A program made the position numbers and the translations under genes. From Candidatus Latescibacterota bacterium (lineage in GTDB: Bacteria; Latescibacterota; UBA2968): 64,000 nucleotides of DNA. The notes beneath the pieces were generated by a model, which made no database searches, was not told where the DNA came from, and worked only from the letters and a program-made list of their open reading frames with translations. The DNA is taken from contig OZ244960.1 in assembly GCA_965222605.1 (NCBI GenBank), positions 4,032,001 to 4,096,000 of the forward strand. Reading direction: 5' to 3'. Within the stretch, counting starts at the first letter, position 1; each line of letters starts with the position of its first letter. Below are positions 10,701 through 18,025 of this stretch, in pieces.

Positions 10701-13490
10701 CGAATCATCGACACTACCGGATTTATCAGCGCGAATTACACCGGAGAGGATTTGACTACGACTCTCACGGACTTGGCAGGTACCTGTGAGGTGCAGGTGC
10801 GTGCGACCAACGCCGAAGGCACGGGCGACTGGTCACCTTCTATTCAGGTGTTGATGAATCAGTATCCTGAGTTTCCTTTTGGAAATGTCCGATGGACTGT
10901 GAGAAATCATTCTACGCGCTCTTCCGATTTCGATACCGATGTCTCCGCACATGACAATGACCCGCTTACTTATACTCTTATAGGTGAAGGTGCAGACGAT
11001 TTCATCTTTGCCCCCTCAACTGGTCGTATTCAACTAAAATCAGGTTTATCTTTCGATAGAGATGTCAAGGAACATTACGAATTTTTTCTTGTAGCTACTG
11101 ATGGTAAGGGAGGGCACGATACGTTAATTGTGCGGATTCATGTTTCCGAGTATCCTAATGATCCGCCCTATTACGACACATATCTTCAGCCTTTGCCCAT
11201 TGTTCTTCGCCTCTATAATCAAAGATTTAGGACTAATACCGATCTTTCTACCGTATTCAAAGATGATAACGATGATAGTGATAGCTTTAGATATAGTCTT
11301 AGCGGTAGAGATCACCATATGTTTCGAGTTGATCAGGAGACAGGTCAATTATCAATAGCACCCTCGTATGATAACTACTTCTCAGGCGATTTCGGTAATG
11401 AGGGGGCTGTTCATCCATTCAAGCTCCATGTCTCCGATGGGCATGGTGGTACTGCCGAAGTCCCTGTTCATGTTTATGTATCTCGTAATAAGACCACTGA
11501 AAGTTTTCGGACATTTGTAAATTGGCGAGCCTGGAATGGCGGTTCAAGACAAGCGGAACCAGACTACAGCATGGTACCAGACTTCTCGTATGCGGGGTAT
11601 CACTACTTTGAAAAACCAATTCCTGAACTCACTGAGCGTAATCATCCGATATTTGATGTTACTACCTACGGGGCTATTGCCAATGATGTCTATTCTGATC
11701 AGCCTGCGATAGAGCGCGCCATTGAAGCAGCAGAAGCAGCAGGAGGTGGAACGATTTTCTTTCCCGAAGGGGAGTATCTTGTGGCCACGCAGACGGATCT
11801 GATAGATGGAGAACCTCAGCCGATTAAGATTCAGGGTAGTAATATCGTTTTCAAGGGGGTAGGAGCAGACACTAACATCCGTTATTCAGATAGAGATAAT
11901 GGTTTAGTTTGGTCGTCGGATGTACCGGAAACAATTGAATGGGGATCTATTATACGGCAAGTCTATAATTTGGAATCTGTGGATGGCTCAAATGACGGTA
12001 CCCCTGCTTTGTTTCAGTTTATTCCATCAGATACAACCTCGCATGAGATTACAACAATCGTAGAGAAAGCTAGAACAGAAGATTTTTGGATTACTGTTGC
12101 AGACGCGTCCCAATTGCGTGTGGAGCAAAGAGTTGTGTTGTGTATGTTTGAACGCGATTGGGATGATTTTATTGACAATCTCACAACCGCAAAATCGAGT
12201 AAGGATTGGACAAGTGGAATGAAAGTTTATGAACGCCATCAGATAGCTGAGATTAGAGGAAATAGGGTCAGGTTTAAAGAACCTTTGCATTTCTTTCTAA
12301 TTGAGCCTGAACACGGTTGGAGTGTTAGGACTTATCCTCATATCGAAGAAGTTGGTGTTGAAGATTTAAGTATCCAGGGTACGTGGAGACACTCGTTCGT
12401 GCATCACGCGAGTCCTAAGCACGATAGCGGATATACTCCCTTAAAGTTTGAGAAATGTGTTAATTCCTGGGTTAGACGTGTTAATTTCGTCAATGTTAAT
12501 ATAGGGATGCTTATTTACAGGTGTATGGCGGTGTCTGTCTATCAGGTTAGACTCGCAGGGAGTCGGGGGCATTTTTTCATTAAAAATAAAAAAAATTATG
12601 GGGTGTTTATTGGTTTAACAGAGGACAGAGGAGGTAGTAAGTATGGGTCCCCCGATAGAAAGGGTCAGGAGCACGGTTCAAATGTGCAGTCTTCAACTAC
12701 AGGAACTGTTCATTGGCGAAATGACATGCATGGCAATCAAAAGATCGACCCTCATGCGTCTTGCCCGTATGCCAATCTCTTCGACAGCAACAATGGCGGA
12801 CAAATTTCGGGTGCTGGTAATATAAAGTCTATGCCGAATCATCTCTTTTCTTTTGTCTGTTGGAATCACGCTCATCAGCGAAGTGCTCATAGGGATTACC
12901 ATTTTTGGTCTAGTGACGACCGGAGCTGGATTTTAAGACCAATTTTTGTCGGGTATCATAGAGGTGAGTATGGCGGGACTTTTGAGATGCAATACGCGCA
13001 TATAAATGAGTCTGAAGGAACCAAAGTTAATCCCAGTTCTCTTTTTCAAGAGCAACTTAAATTGCGTTTGGGAAGAAGAGCTCCTAGTTGGTTGAATGAT
13101 CTCGCAGGAGAGTGGGAAGATATTAAAGCGCGAGATATATGGGTTCCTCCTATCTTAATCAAAAAGAGCCTCAAACTTAATTTTGAAAAACAGGAGTTTG
13201 ACGATGGGGTTAAAATATTGGATTTGTCTAGCTTTTTCCGCAAAATGTATAATGTTTCACATAGTGAATACACCGCAACTTCTTCTAATCCCGATATTGC
13301 GACAGTGCAAATCTTCGACATCGGAGCTGGTAACGACGGTGATTTGAAACTCAGGAGGCGCAGCAGCGGTAGTGTCACAATTACAGTAGAGGCAAGGGCT
13401 GTATTGTATACTAATAATGATGGTTATATTTTTAGTCCGCATACTTGCCCCATTCCTGCTCGTCAGACGTTTATTCTTGATATTGATTGA
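4776..13490 (+). CDS. Giant 2904-aa secreted/surface protein: cohesin-like and EF-hand/dockerin-like domains, LRRs, PPC-like, cadherin-like/FN3 repeats, YWTD beta-propeller, pectate-lyase-3/DUF4955-like beta-helix, C-terminal Ig-like
   Basis: Signal/TM N-terminus. DFDGSGTVDFPDF and YDLDGNGEIAFDDF loops, LxxLxLxxN repeats, APVFTS...ENNTTVG...PNYE cadherin units, YEVQVRA FN3 units, KLYWTD repeats, and PDFSYAGY...FDVTTYGA...GGGTIFFPEGEY. Confidence 0.85.
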   Translation: MQKLLLRRRSAYASIFAVTLAVLLIQSFSPSSQTSSFSLSLDLDEAVGGQAMHSLNVSPDQDVSIQIFGTDIQNASDLSVRIEYDATQVVYEGFDTGDVLPNVRVQKGDSTAVSRTPGQASFVQINLASLGGSATVNSGLMGTLRFLTTDAFLGTEIRLVRAELGRGEQSEAVPLSLSVALRVAAASSPDFDGSGTVDFPDFLFLVSVFGSRLNDGKYETKYDLDGNGEIAFDDFLIFVSSFGKSVDTIDQPYATKRVATSSDFLSVCDRTPQVRDAIVTALGATDCGSVTEQDLSNLTNRLAIYGSSESSISALKVGDFSGLSELRRLRLINNSLTTLDNNVFVGMSKLKTLEVSGGDISDIHAGAFGGLDSLSALSLEDNNITSLQDNTFEPLTKLRILRLNSNDITSVSSLPLDDLSGVLVLDLYLASNKIASLSSRDFADVSSNLIFLDLQGNKLSALPDSLFYNMVNLLKLDFRSNSVDPLNMRVSLERIQNSDRTSDKFFAKVHTGAPFDLNVPVTVSGGTLDVDNNVVTISAGSMSSSVVTATRIDATADNDITVTLGDVQISMGDIQNTSDRRRGLAFEKVSNSITLSPEVVAVFVFEPSVTWGNEQVSFVSADAFGVEENSSNVGTVSARIYRRPSEFKDLGDITGLTSGKGYFENNESLGDGNHEKYYRFVLTQPKVLNIGLRQLDVDTDLILEDADGSELPLGTSNDPSDPSKKRIIVSLCEGTYYAHVKVKDLGENVFNFRYGIVPGSPDASEVSRLRGRSIGGAVSGYTVSGGSDGDKFSISESGLLTFNDVPNYEDPLDVASTSPLNDAGNNEYVVVVTGRGESSSGTQSIVVTVSDKDDEAPGQPAVPTVAEATLTTLKVTWEVPANTGPEITDYDVQYKASGESEFTDAEYDGTDLTLTLTGLKPGTSYEVQVRAENDEGSGAWSDSGSGMTIENQAPVFTSNATFEVKENNTTVGAVSANDEDSDDSITGYAITGGADQEQFEITDEGALRFKAAPNYEVPADVESADPANVANNNEYIVEVTATSGKNERVLTAAQMITVTVSDKDDEAPGQVETPVVSEATLNSLKVTWEVPANTGPEITDYDVQYKASDDDGFTDAEYDGTDLTLTLTNLKPGTSYEVQVRATSDEGTGVWSDSGEGMTIENQAPVFTSNATFEVKENNTTVGAVSANDEDSDDSITGYAITGGTDQDQFEITDEGALRFKAAPNYEVPADVESTDSANAANNNEYIVEVTATSGQNERVLTAAQTITVTVSDKDDEAPGQPAAPTIAEATMNSLKVTWAVPANAGPEITDYDVQYKASDDDGFTDAEYDGTDLTLTLTNLKSGTSYEVQVRAKNDEGTGAWSDSGSGMTIENQAPVFTSNATFEVKENNTTVGTVSANDEDSDDSITGYAITGGVDQEQFEITEEGGLRFKASPNYEVPADVESADPANAANNNEYIVEVTATGGASERVLTAKQTLTVTVSDKDDEAPGQVETPVVSEATMNSLKVTWAVPANAGPEITDYDVQYKASDDDGFTAAEYDGTDLTLTLTGLKSGTSYEVQVRATSDEGTGVWSDSGEGKMKVNVAPVFTSNATFNVLENVTGVGIVVANDADSDDSVTSYAITGGADQTQFSIFSETGVLIFKAAPDFEAPLDVNIDNAYIVEVTATSGENGRALTATQTITVIVTDIGPPEIDAPTVTQATATTLTITWENTSVVLNTDNVSIFDPIDVALDIAGNKLYWTDSGSIRRADLDGTNVEDVIRDAVQFPVGIALDIAGNKMYWVDLYSNKVQRADLNGENIEDLVTTGQDKPGGIALDIARNKMYWMDSGSIRRADLDGENVEDLIATGLPDKFGGIALDIVGNKMYWAIGDRIRRADLDGTNVEDLVTTGLVDPFDIALDIAGNKLYWADRGTDKVQRADLNGRNVEDLVTTGLDDPFGIALDIARNKLYWTETGIRSKKIGRIDLDLNYDIQYRIIDTTGFISANYTGEDLTTTLTDLAGTCEVQVRATNAEGTGDWSPSIQVLMNQYPEFPFGNVRWTVRNHSTRSSDFDTDVSAHDNDPLTYTLIGEGADDFIFAPSTGRIQLKSGLSFDRDVKEHYEFFLVATDGKGGHDTLIVRIHVSEYPNDPPYYDTYLQPLPIVLRLYNQRFRTNTDLSTVFKDDNDDSDSFRYSLSGRDHHMFRVDQETGQLSIAPSYDNYFSGDFGNEGAVHPFKLHVSDGHGGTAEVPVHVYVSRNKTTESFRTFVNWRAWNGGSRQAEPDYSMVPDFSYAGYHYFEKPIPELTERNHPIFDVTTYGAIANDVYSDQPAIERAIEAAEAAGGGTIFFPEGEYLVATQTDLIDGEPQPIKIQGSNIVFKGVGADTNIRYSDRDNGLVWSSDVPETIEWGSIIRQVYNLESVDGSNDGTPALFQFIPSDTTSHEITTIVEKARTEDFWITVADASQLRVEQRVVLCMFERDWDDFIDNLTTAKSSKDWTSGMKVYERHQIAEIRGNRVRFKEPLHFFLIEPEHGWSVRTYPHIEEVGVEDLSIQGTWRHSFVHHASPKHDSGYTPLKFEKCVNSWVRRVNFVNVNIGMLIYRCMAVSVYQVRLAGSRGHFFIKNKKNYGVFIGLTEDRGGSKYGSPDRKGQEHGSNVQSSTTGTVHWRNDMHGNQKIDPHASCPYANLFDSNNGGQISGAGNIKSMPNHLFSFVCWNHAHQRSAHRDYHFWSSDDRSWILRPIFVGYHRGEYGGTFEMQYAHINESEGTKVNPSSLFQEQLKLRLGRRAPSWLNDLAGEWEDIKARDIWVPPILIKKSLKLNFEKQEFDDGVKILDLSSFFRKMYNVSHSEYTATSSNPDIATVQIFDIGAGNDGDLKLRRRSSGSVTITVEARAVLYTNNDGYIFSPHTCPIPARQTFILDID
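7325..9560 (+). repeat. Intragenic tandem repeat, 633-bp (211-aa) FN3 plus cadherin unit, about 3.5 copies
   Basis: GACGAGGCACCGGGTCA recurs at 7335, 7968, 8601 and 9234, an exact 633-bp period. Confidence 0.95.
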
Positions 13491-13757
13491 TCTGTAACTG
13501 TCTGTTAGAAGAACCAGGCAACGGACTCGGCACAGTATATCAGGAGGTTTTTGCTGACTGCTGCTAACAATCAGCATAAATCAAGATATTGGTGTCCAGC
13601 CAATAACGCCAGGTCCTCGGAATTATGGTTCATAGGCCGCTGCCCGATCATATCCGCTAATCAGGAGCGAGCGTTTTTGCGCCGGGGTGTGGCGAGCAGA
13701 TTGTCGATGCAGCTTTGGGATTGCAGGAGCAATTGTGATGACTGAGAGCGTTGGGAT

Positions 13758-15725
13758 ATGAGCCTTGCTACCGATGAAAAGCAGGTGGTGGAAGAACGGG
13801 CCGGGGCACTCCGTGAACGGGTGACGGCGCGCGCGCTGGTGATCGGTGTGTTCACGATTGTGGGGATGGCGCTTTTCATGTCCTATTTCGGGCAGAATCT
13901 GGTGAAGAATTATATGCCCGTAGCGGTGGCTCTGCCGTTTGTGGCGTGGCTGGGGATCAATACGGTGTTGAAGCTGTTTGCGCGGCGGTGGGCACTGTCC
14001 CGGATGGAGATGTTGACGGTGTTTTTCATGGTGTGGCTGGTGGGGAATTTGCCGGGTATCGGGTGGGCGATGTATATGGTGACCGATATTGCGGCTCCGG
14101 CTCACTACGCTTCTCCTGAGAACCGGATGCGAGAGGTGGTAATACCCTATTTTCCGGACTGGCTGTTTCCAGAGGAATCGGAGGCGGTGATCGGGCAGTT
14201 GTTTACCGGGGTGCAGGTGGATGGGGCTATCCCGTGGCTGGCCTGGGTGCGGCCGCTGTTCTGGTGGTTGATGGCGTGTTTGTCGCTGGTTGGGGCGGGT
14301 TTTTTTTCGAGTGTGATTTTTTATAAACAGTGGCACGAGAAGGAGCGGCTGGTTTTTCCGATGGCGACATTCCCGATGGATATGCTCAGGCAGTCCGCGG
14401 GCAGCCGCGTGCCGGATGTGTTTAAGAATAAGGTGTTCTGGATGGGATTTGGGTTTGTGGCGGGGATTATTGGCTGGAATATCATTGGGTATTTCGCCCT
14501 CAGCCTGCCGCCTATTACCCTGTTTTATTCGACCACGTACAAAGCCGTGCCTCTGGGACATCATTTTCCGGATTATTTTTTGCGGGTGCAGCCGATGATT
14601 ATGGGGCTGGCGTATTTGTGCCCGCTGGATATTTTGTTCAGTTTCTGGTTTTACGATTTTGTGAATATTTTGAAAAAGGGGTTGCTGAACCGCACGGGGT
14701 TTACGGTGGGTTTGCCCGGGCAGCCGGCGATGGGCGGCGAGATCGCGATGCTGGAATCGCACGGGGCGCTGGTTTTTCTGGTGGGCTGGTCGGTATGGGT
14801 TGCCAGAGGGCATTTGCGTGAGACGCTGCAAAAGGCGTTTGAAAGGGGGCGCGAGGACGATGACGGAATGCCGGTTTCTTACCGCACGGCGTGGCTGGGG
14901 TTGTTGGCTACGGCGGTGTTTTTGGGGGGATGGATGGTGTCTGCCGGGATGCGGGTTCCCGTGATGCTGGTGCAGTTGCTATTGTTATTTATCTGCTTTT
15001 TTGGGATTACCAAATACGCGGCGACTACTGGATTTATTTTTTTGTCTCCTGCGGGTGGAAAAGGAGCCGATGTGCTTCTGGCGCTGGGCGGAACGTCGAA
15101 TCTACCACCTGCGACACAGACGTCTATCTGGCTGGTGAATAGCAACGCGCTTTGCGGGGTGCCGATTCGGATTACGTGTATCCCCTCGGTGACGCATTTT
15201 TTTCGGATGCTGGGAGACCATTTGCGGCGACATCCGCTGATCTGGGGGTGTATCCCGGTGGCGTTTTTGACGGGTTTTGTGGCTTCTGTGGGCGCGCAGC
15301 TTTACCGGTGTTATACCGAGGGCGGTCTGAACGGGCATATGGCGCTGTGGGACTGGGGTGTGCTGATGGGCAGGGTGTCGCTGATTGAGGGGAGCAAGCT
15401 GACGGTGTTCGATCCGCAGAAGTTAGGGGTGTGGTTTTTTGGGTTTGTAGAGGCAGGGGTGCTGACTTATTTGAAGGCGCGGGTGTCCTGGTGGCCGTTT
15501 CATCCGGCGGCGATTGCTTTGCCCGTGGGGCGATACGGGTTTTGTCTGCTGATCGTGTGGTTGATGAAGACGATTGTGATCCGGCTTGGGGGCGTGAGTC
15601 TTTACCGGCGGTCGTTGCCGTTTTGGTACGGGGCGATTGTGGGGTATTTGTTTGGGATTGGGGTTTCGAAGGTGGTGGATATAATCTGGTTTCCAGATGC
15701 GGGACATGGGGTGCATGGGTGGTGA
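13758..15725 (+). CDS. Polytopic membrane protein, DUF6785/DUF6784-like (OPT-like putative peptide transporter)
   Basis: Many TM segments. Motifs KQWHEKERLVFPM, GLAYLCPLDILFSFWF and WWPFHP are typical of this family. Confidence 0.7.
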   Translation: MSLATDEKQVVEERAGALRERVTARALVIGVFTIVGMALFMSYFGQNLVKNYMPVAVALPFVAWLGINTVLKLFARRWALSRMEMLTVFFMVWLVGNLPGIGWAMYMVTDIAAPAHYASPENRMREVVIPYFPDWLFPEESEAVIGQLFTGVQVDGAIPWLAWVRPLFWWLMACLSLVGAGFFSSVIFYKQWHEKERLVFPMATFPMDMLRQSAGSRVPDVFKNKVFWMGFGFVAGIIGWNIIGYFALSLPPITLFYSTTYKAVPLGHHFPDYFLRVQPMIMGLAYLCPLDILFSFWFYDFVNILKKGLLNRTGFTVGLPGQPAMGGEIAMLESHGALVFLVGWSVWVARGHLRETLQKAFERGREDDDGMPVSYRTAWLGLLATAVFLGGWMVSAGMRVPVMLVQLLLLFICFFGITKYAATTGFIFLSPAGGKGADVLLALGGTSNLPPATQTSIWLVNSNALCGVPIRITCIPSVTHFFRMLGDHLRRHPLIWGCIPVAFLTGFVASVGAQLYRCYTEGGLNGHMALWDWGVLMGRVSLIEGSKLTVFDPQKLGVWFFGFVEAGVLTYLKARVSWWPFHPAAIALPVGRYGFCLLIVWLMKTIVIRLGGVSLYRRSLPFWYGAIVGYLFGIGVSKVVDIIWFPDAGHGVHGW

Positions 15726-15745
15726 GGGTAACGAATCGACGGATC

Positions 15746-15780
15746 GGTGTACAACTGGCCGCCTCTCAGGCCAGTTCATC
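15746..15780 (+). repeat. GGTGTACAAC...GTTCATC hairpin element (copy B)
   Basis: GGTGTACAAC TGGCC gcctctca GGCCA GTTCATC. Confidence 0.8.
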
Positions 15781-15845
15781 AACCGCGGGAAAGACGTGCT
15801 GGCAACCGCAGTTTGCAGGGCTGTTGAATCTGGGCGAGCGATGAA

Positions 15846-16134
15846 ATGCTTGACATTGGGAGAAATTTTATGGAAAAGTTCAAATTTAATACTTGACATC
15901 TGAAGTGAGACTAATTATTTTAAGCATTGATACAATCGTATGCATTAATGTAGAAAAAAATAAAAGTCGAACAAGGACAGGTCCTGCCAGACAAAGCCCG
16001 TTCGACCCAAATGCACAACGTAAACCACATCGTGTTGTTTATAATATAGTTTAAGGGAGAGCAATTAAGCAACAGGAAAAATCAAAACCGATCAGGCAGC
16101 ATTTATGTCGCTTACCTAGCAAAAGGATTAGCCA
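15846..16134 (+). repeat. Leader repeat copy 3 (promoter, operator at 15931-15944, antisense hairpin at 15966-16006)
   Basis: Near-identical to 3248-3533. Confidence 0.95.
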
Positions 16135-17166
16135 ATAAAAAAAAAGCAAGTTACCATCAAGGACATTGCAAGAAAGTTGGGGATTTCGTATTCAACAGTC
16201 TCAAGGGCATTGTCTCCGCATGCGTCGATAACGGTGAAGACGCAGACCCGAGATCTGGTGCGACAAACAGCCGCCGAGATGGACTACAGTCCCAATTTGA
16301 TGGCGCGGGGGGTTGTGACAGGGAAGGCGGGCACACTGGGTCTGCTGATCTACCATATTGCTTTGGAGACGTTTGGATGTCTGACCGACCAGATTCTGCG
16401 AGTGGCTGCCAAGCAGGATTATCAGATTCTGCTGAGAATGGCCGCTAACCGGCTTCCTCAGGATCTACTTGACGACCAGACCTTGCAGATCAGGCAGTTG
16501 ATTTCTCGTGGCATAGATGGACTCTTGATTCACACGCGGGGCGATGGAGAAGAATCAGAGCGTATTTTGAACATCGTGAGGGGACGAGTGCCAGTGGTTA
16601 CATTTCACTATCCGACTCAAAATCTGAGCGGGGTCGTTCTGGATGATGCAGCGGATTATTACGAGGCTACAGAGCATTTGATCAAGTTGGGTCACGAGCA
16701 GATCGGGTTTATCGGAAAGGACTGGAATCAGACCAGCCCGGTTTCATCCAAGGGTAAGGGGTATCTTTTAGCGATGCAAAAGCATAGCCTGACGCCCAAA
16801 CACATACCTGACTCCACCATCTATACAGAGGGAGGGTATCTCCTGGGCAAAGAACTCGGTGACCGGTTTACAGCCTTTGTGTGCCGGGACGATTATACGG
16901 CGATAGGCGTTTGTAGAGGGCTACAAGAATTGGGTCTGCGCGTACCTGAGGATATGGCTGTAGTAGGTAGCGGGGATATTGACGTGGCGGCTTATATGAC
17001 GCCAGCGCTGACGACACTGGTAACCCCCTACGAGGCGATTGCCCAAGCTGCGATGGATCTGATGCTGGAACAGCTCGAGGGGCAGAATACGCCTCGACAA
17101 ATAACCTTGAAATCGCATCTAATCGTGCGGGAATCCTGCGGGGCGAATTTAGAAATCGGTATTTAA
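16135..17166 (+). pseudogene. LacI-family regulator paralog 3 whose start codon reads ATA instead of ATG (possible pseudogene)
   Basis: ATA AAA AAA AAG CAA GTT ACC aligns to ATG AAA AAA AAG CAA GTT ACC of paralog 1. The rest of the frame is intact to 17166. Confidence 0.7.
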
Positions 17167-17304
17167 TTACTTATTAGTTTAATTGAATTTCTTGTAGAAT
17201 GAAAATAAGTTTTGTAAATACATTAAGCCGGAGAAAGGAGGGGTATTTGAATTGAGTACGATACCGTAGTTGTATTTTTTTCCATCTCAAAGGAGGGCCA
17301 GCTT

Positions 17305-18003
17305 ATGCGGATGTTGAGAACGATGTTTAGAACACTATGCCTCGTTGGGGCGGTTCTAATTTCGGTTTCCACGGCTGAAGCCTTAGAAGAAGGCCAGTCG
17401 GGGATCGGGTTTTTCGGGAGTGCAAACGTACCGTTGTTCAAATTTGGCGAGTGGTACTCTGCGTCTCCCAAATTGGGGCTTAGCTACAACTATATAGCCT
17501 CGTCGAGAGTTGTCGCCGAGATTGAGTATCACTATTCTTCGATGCTGGGCGGCGATCTGGATACGCGAGAGTTCACCTGGCCGATTGATAGCCAGAACTA
17601 CCGCAGCCCAAATGTCGATCAAGGCGTGACGTTCAATAGCCTGGTCGCCAGCGCCCTGCTCCATTTCAAGGAAGTGGGCAAAGGCACATCGCCTTATATA
17701 ATGGGCGGCGTCGGGTTTTTCGGATTTTCGAACAAGGTGTCGGGGTTGGTTTTTCCCGGGCAGTCGGGAACGTCCCTGGATACCAGCGTTCTAAATCCCG
17801 CCTTTCACGACAAGGTGGCAGCACTGACGTTCTCATTTGGCGGTGGGATCAGCATCGTGGGGTCCGAGCAATTTGTGATCGATCTCCGCTTGCGGTATAA
17901 TGTGATTATGGGCGAACTCCGTCCCCTGGAGGACTGGGGGCTTGAAAAAGTCTTCCCAATGCAGGCGATAGATCTGGTGGGCGGGATTAAATATTACTGG
18001 TAG
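17305..18003 (+). CDS. Small outer-membrane beta-barrel (OmpA/OmpW-like), module 1
   Basis: Signal peptide, amphipathic strands, SPYIMGGVG, aromatic C-terminus KYYW. Paralog of 25181-25954. Confidence 0.75.
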   Translation: MRMLRTMFRTLCLVGAVLISVSTAEALEEGQSGIGFFGSANVPLFKFGEWYSASPKLGLSYNYIASSRVVAEIEYHYSSMLGGDLDTREFTWPIDSQNYRSPNVDQGVTFNSLVASALLHFKEVGKGTSPYIMGGVGFFGFSNKVSGLVFPGQSGTSLDTSVLNPAFHDKVAALTFSFGGGISIVGSEQFVIDLRLRYNVIMGELRPLEDWGLEKVFPMQAIDLVGGIKYYW

Positions 18004-18025
18004 TTCTCACTAAGGAGGTTTTTCG

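Noticed and set aside
13623-14831. 402-aa minus-strand ORF
   Set aside because: Shadow of the membrane transporter, with Arg/His/Pro-rich non-protein-like composition.
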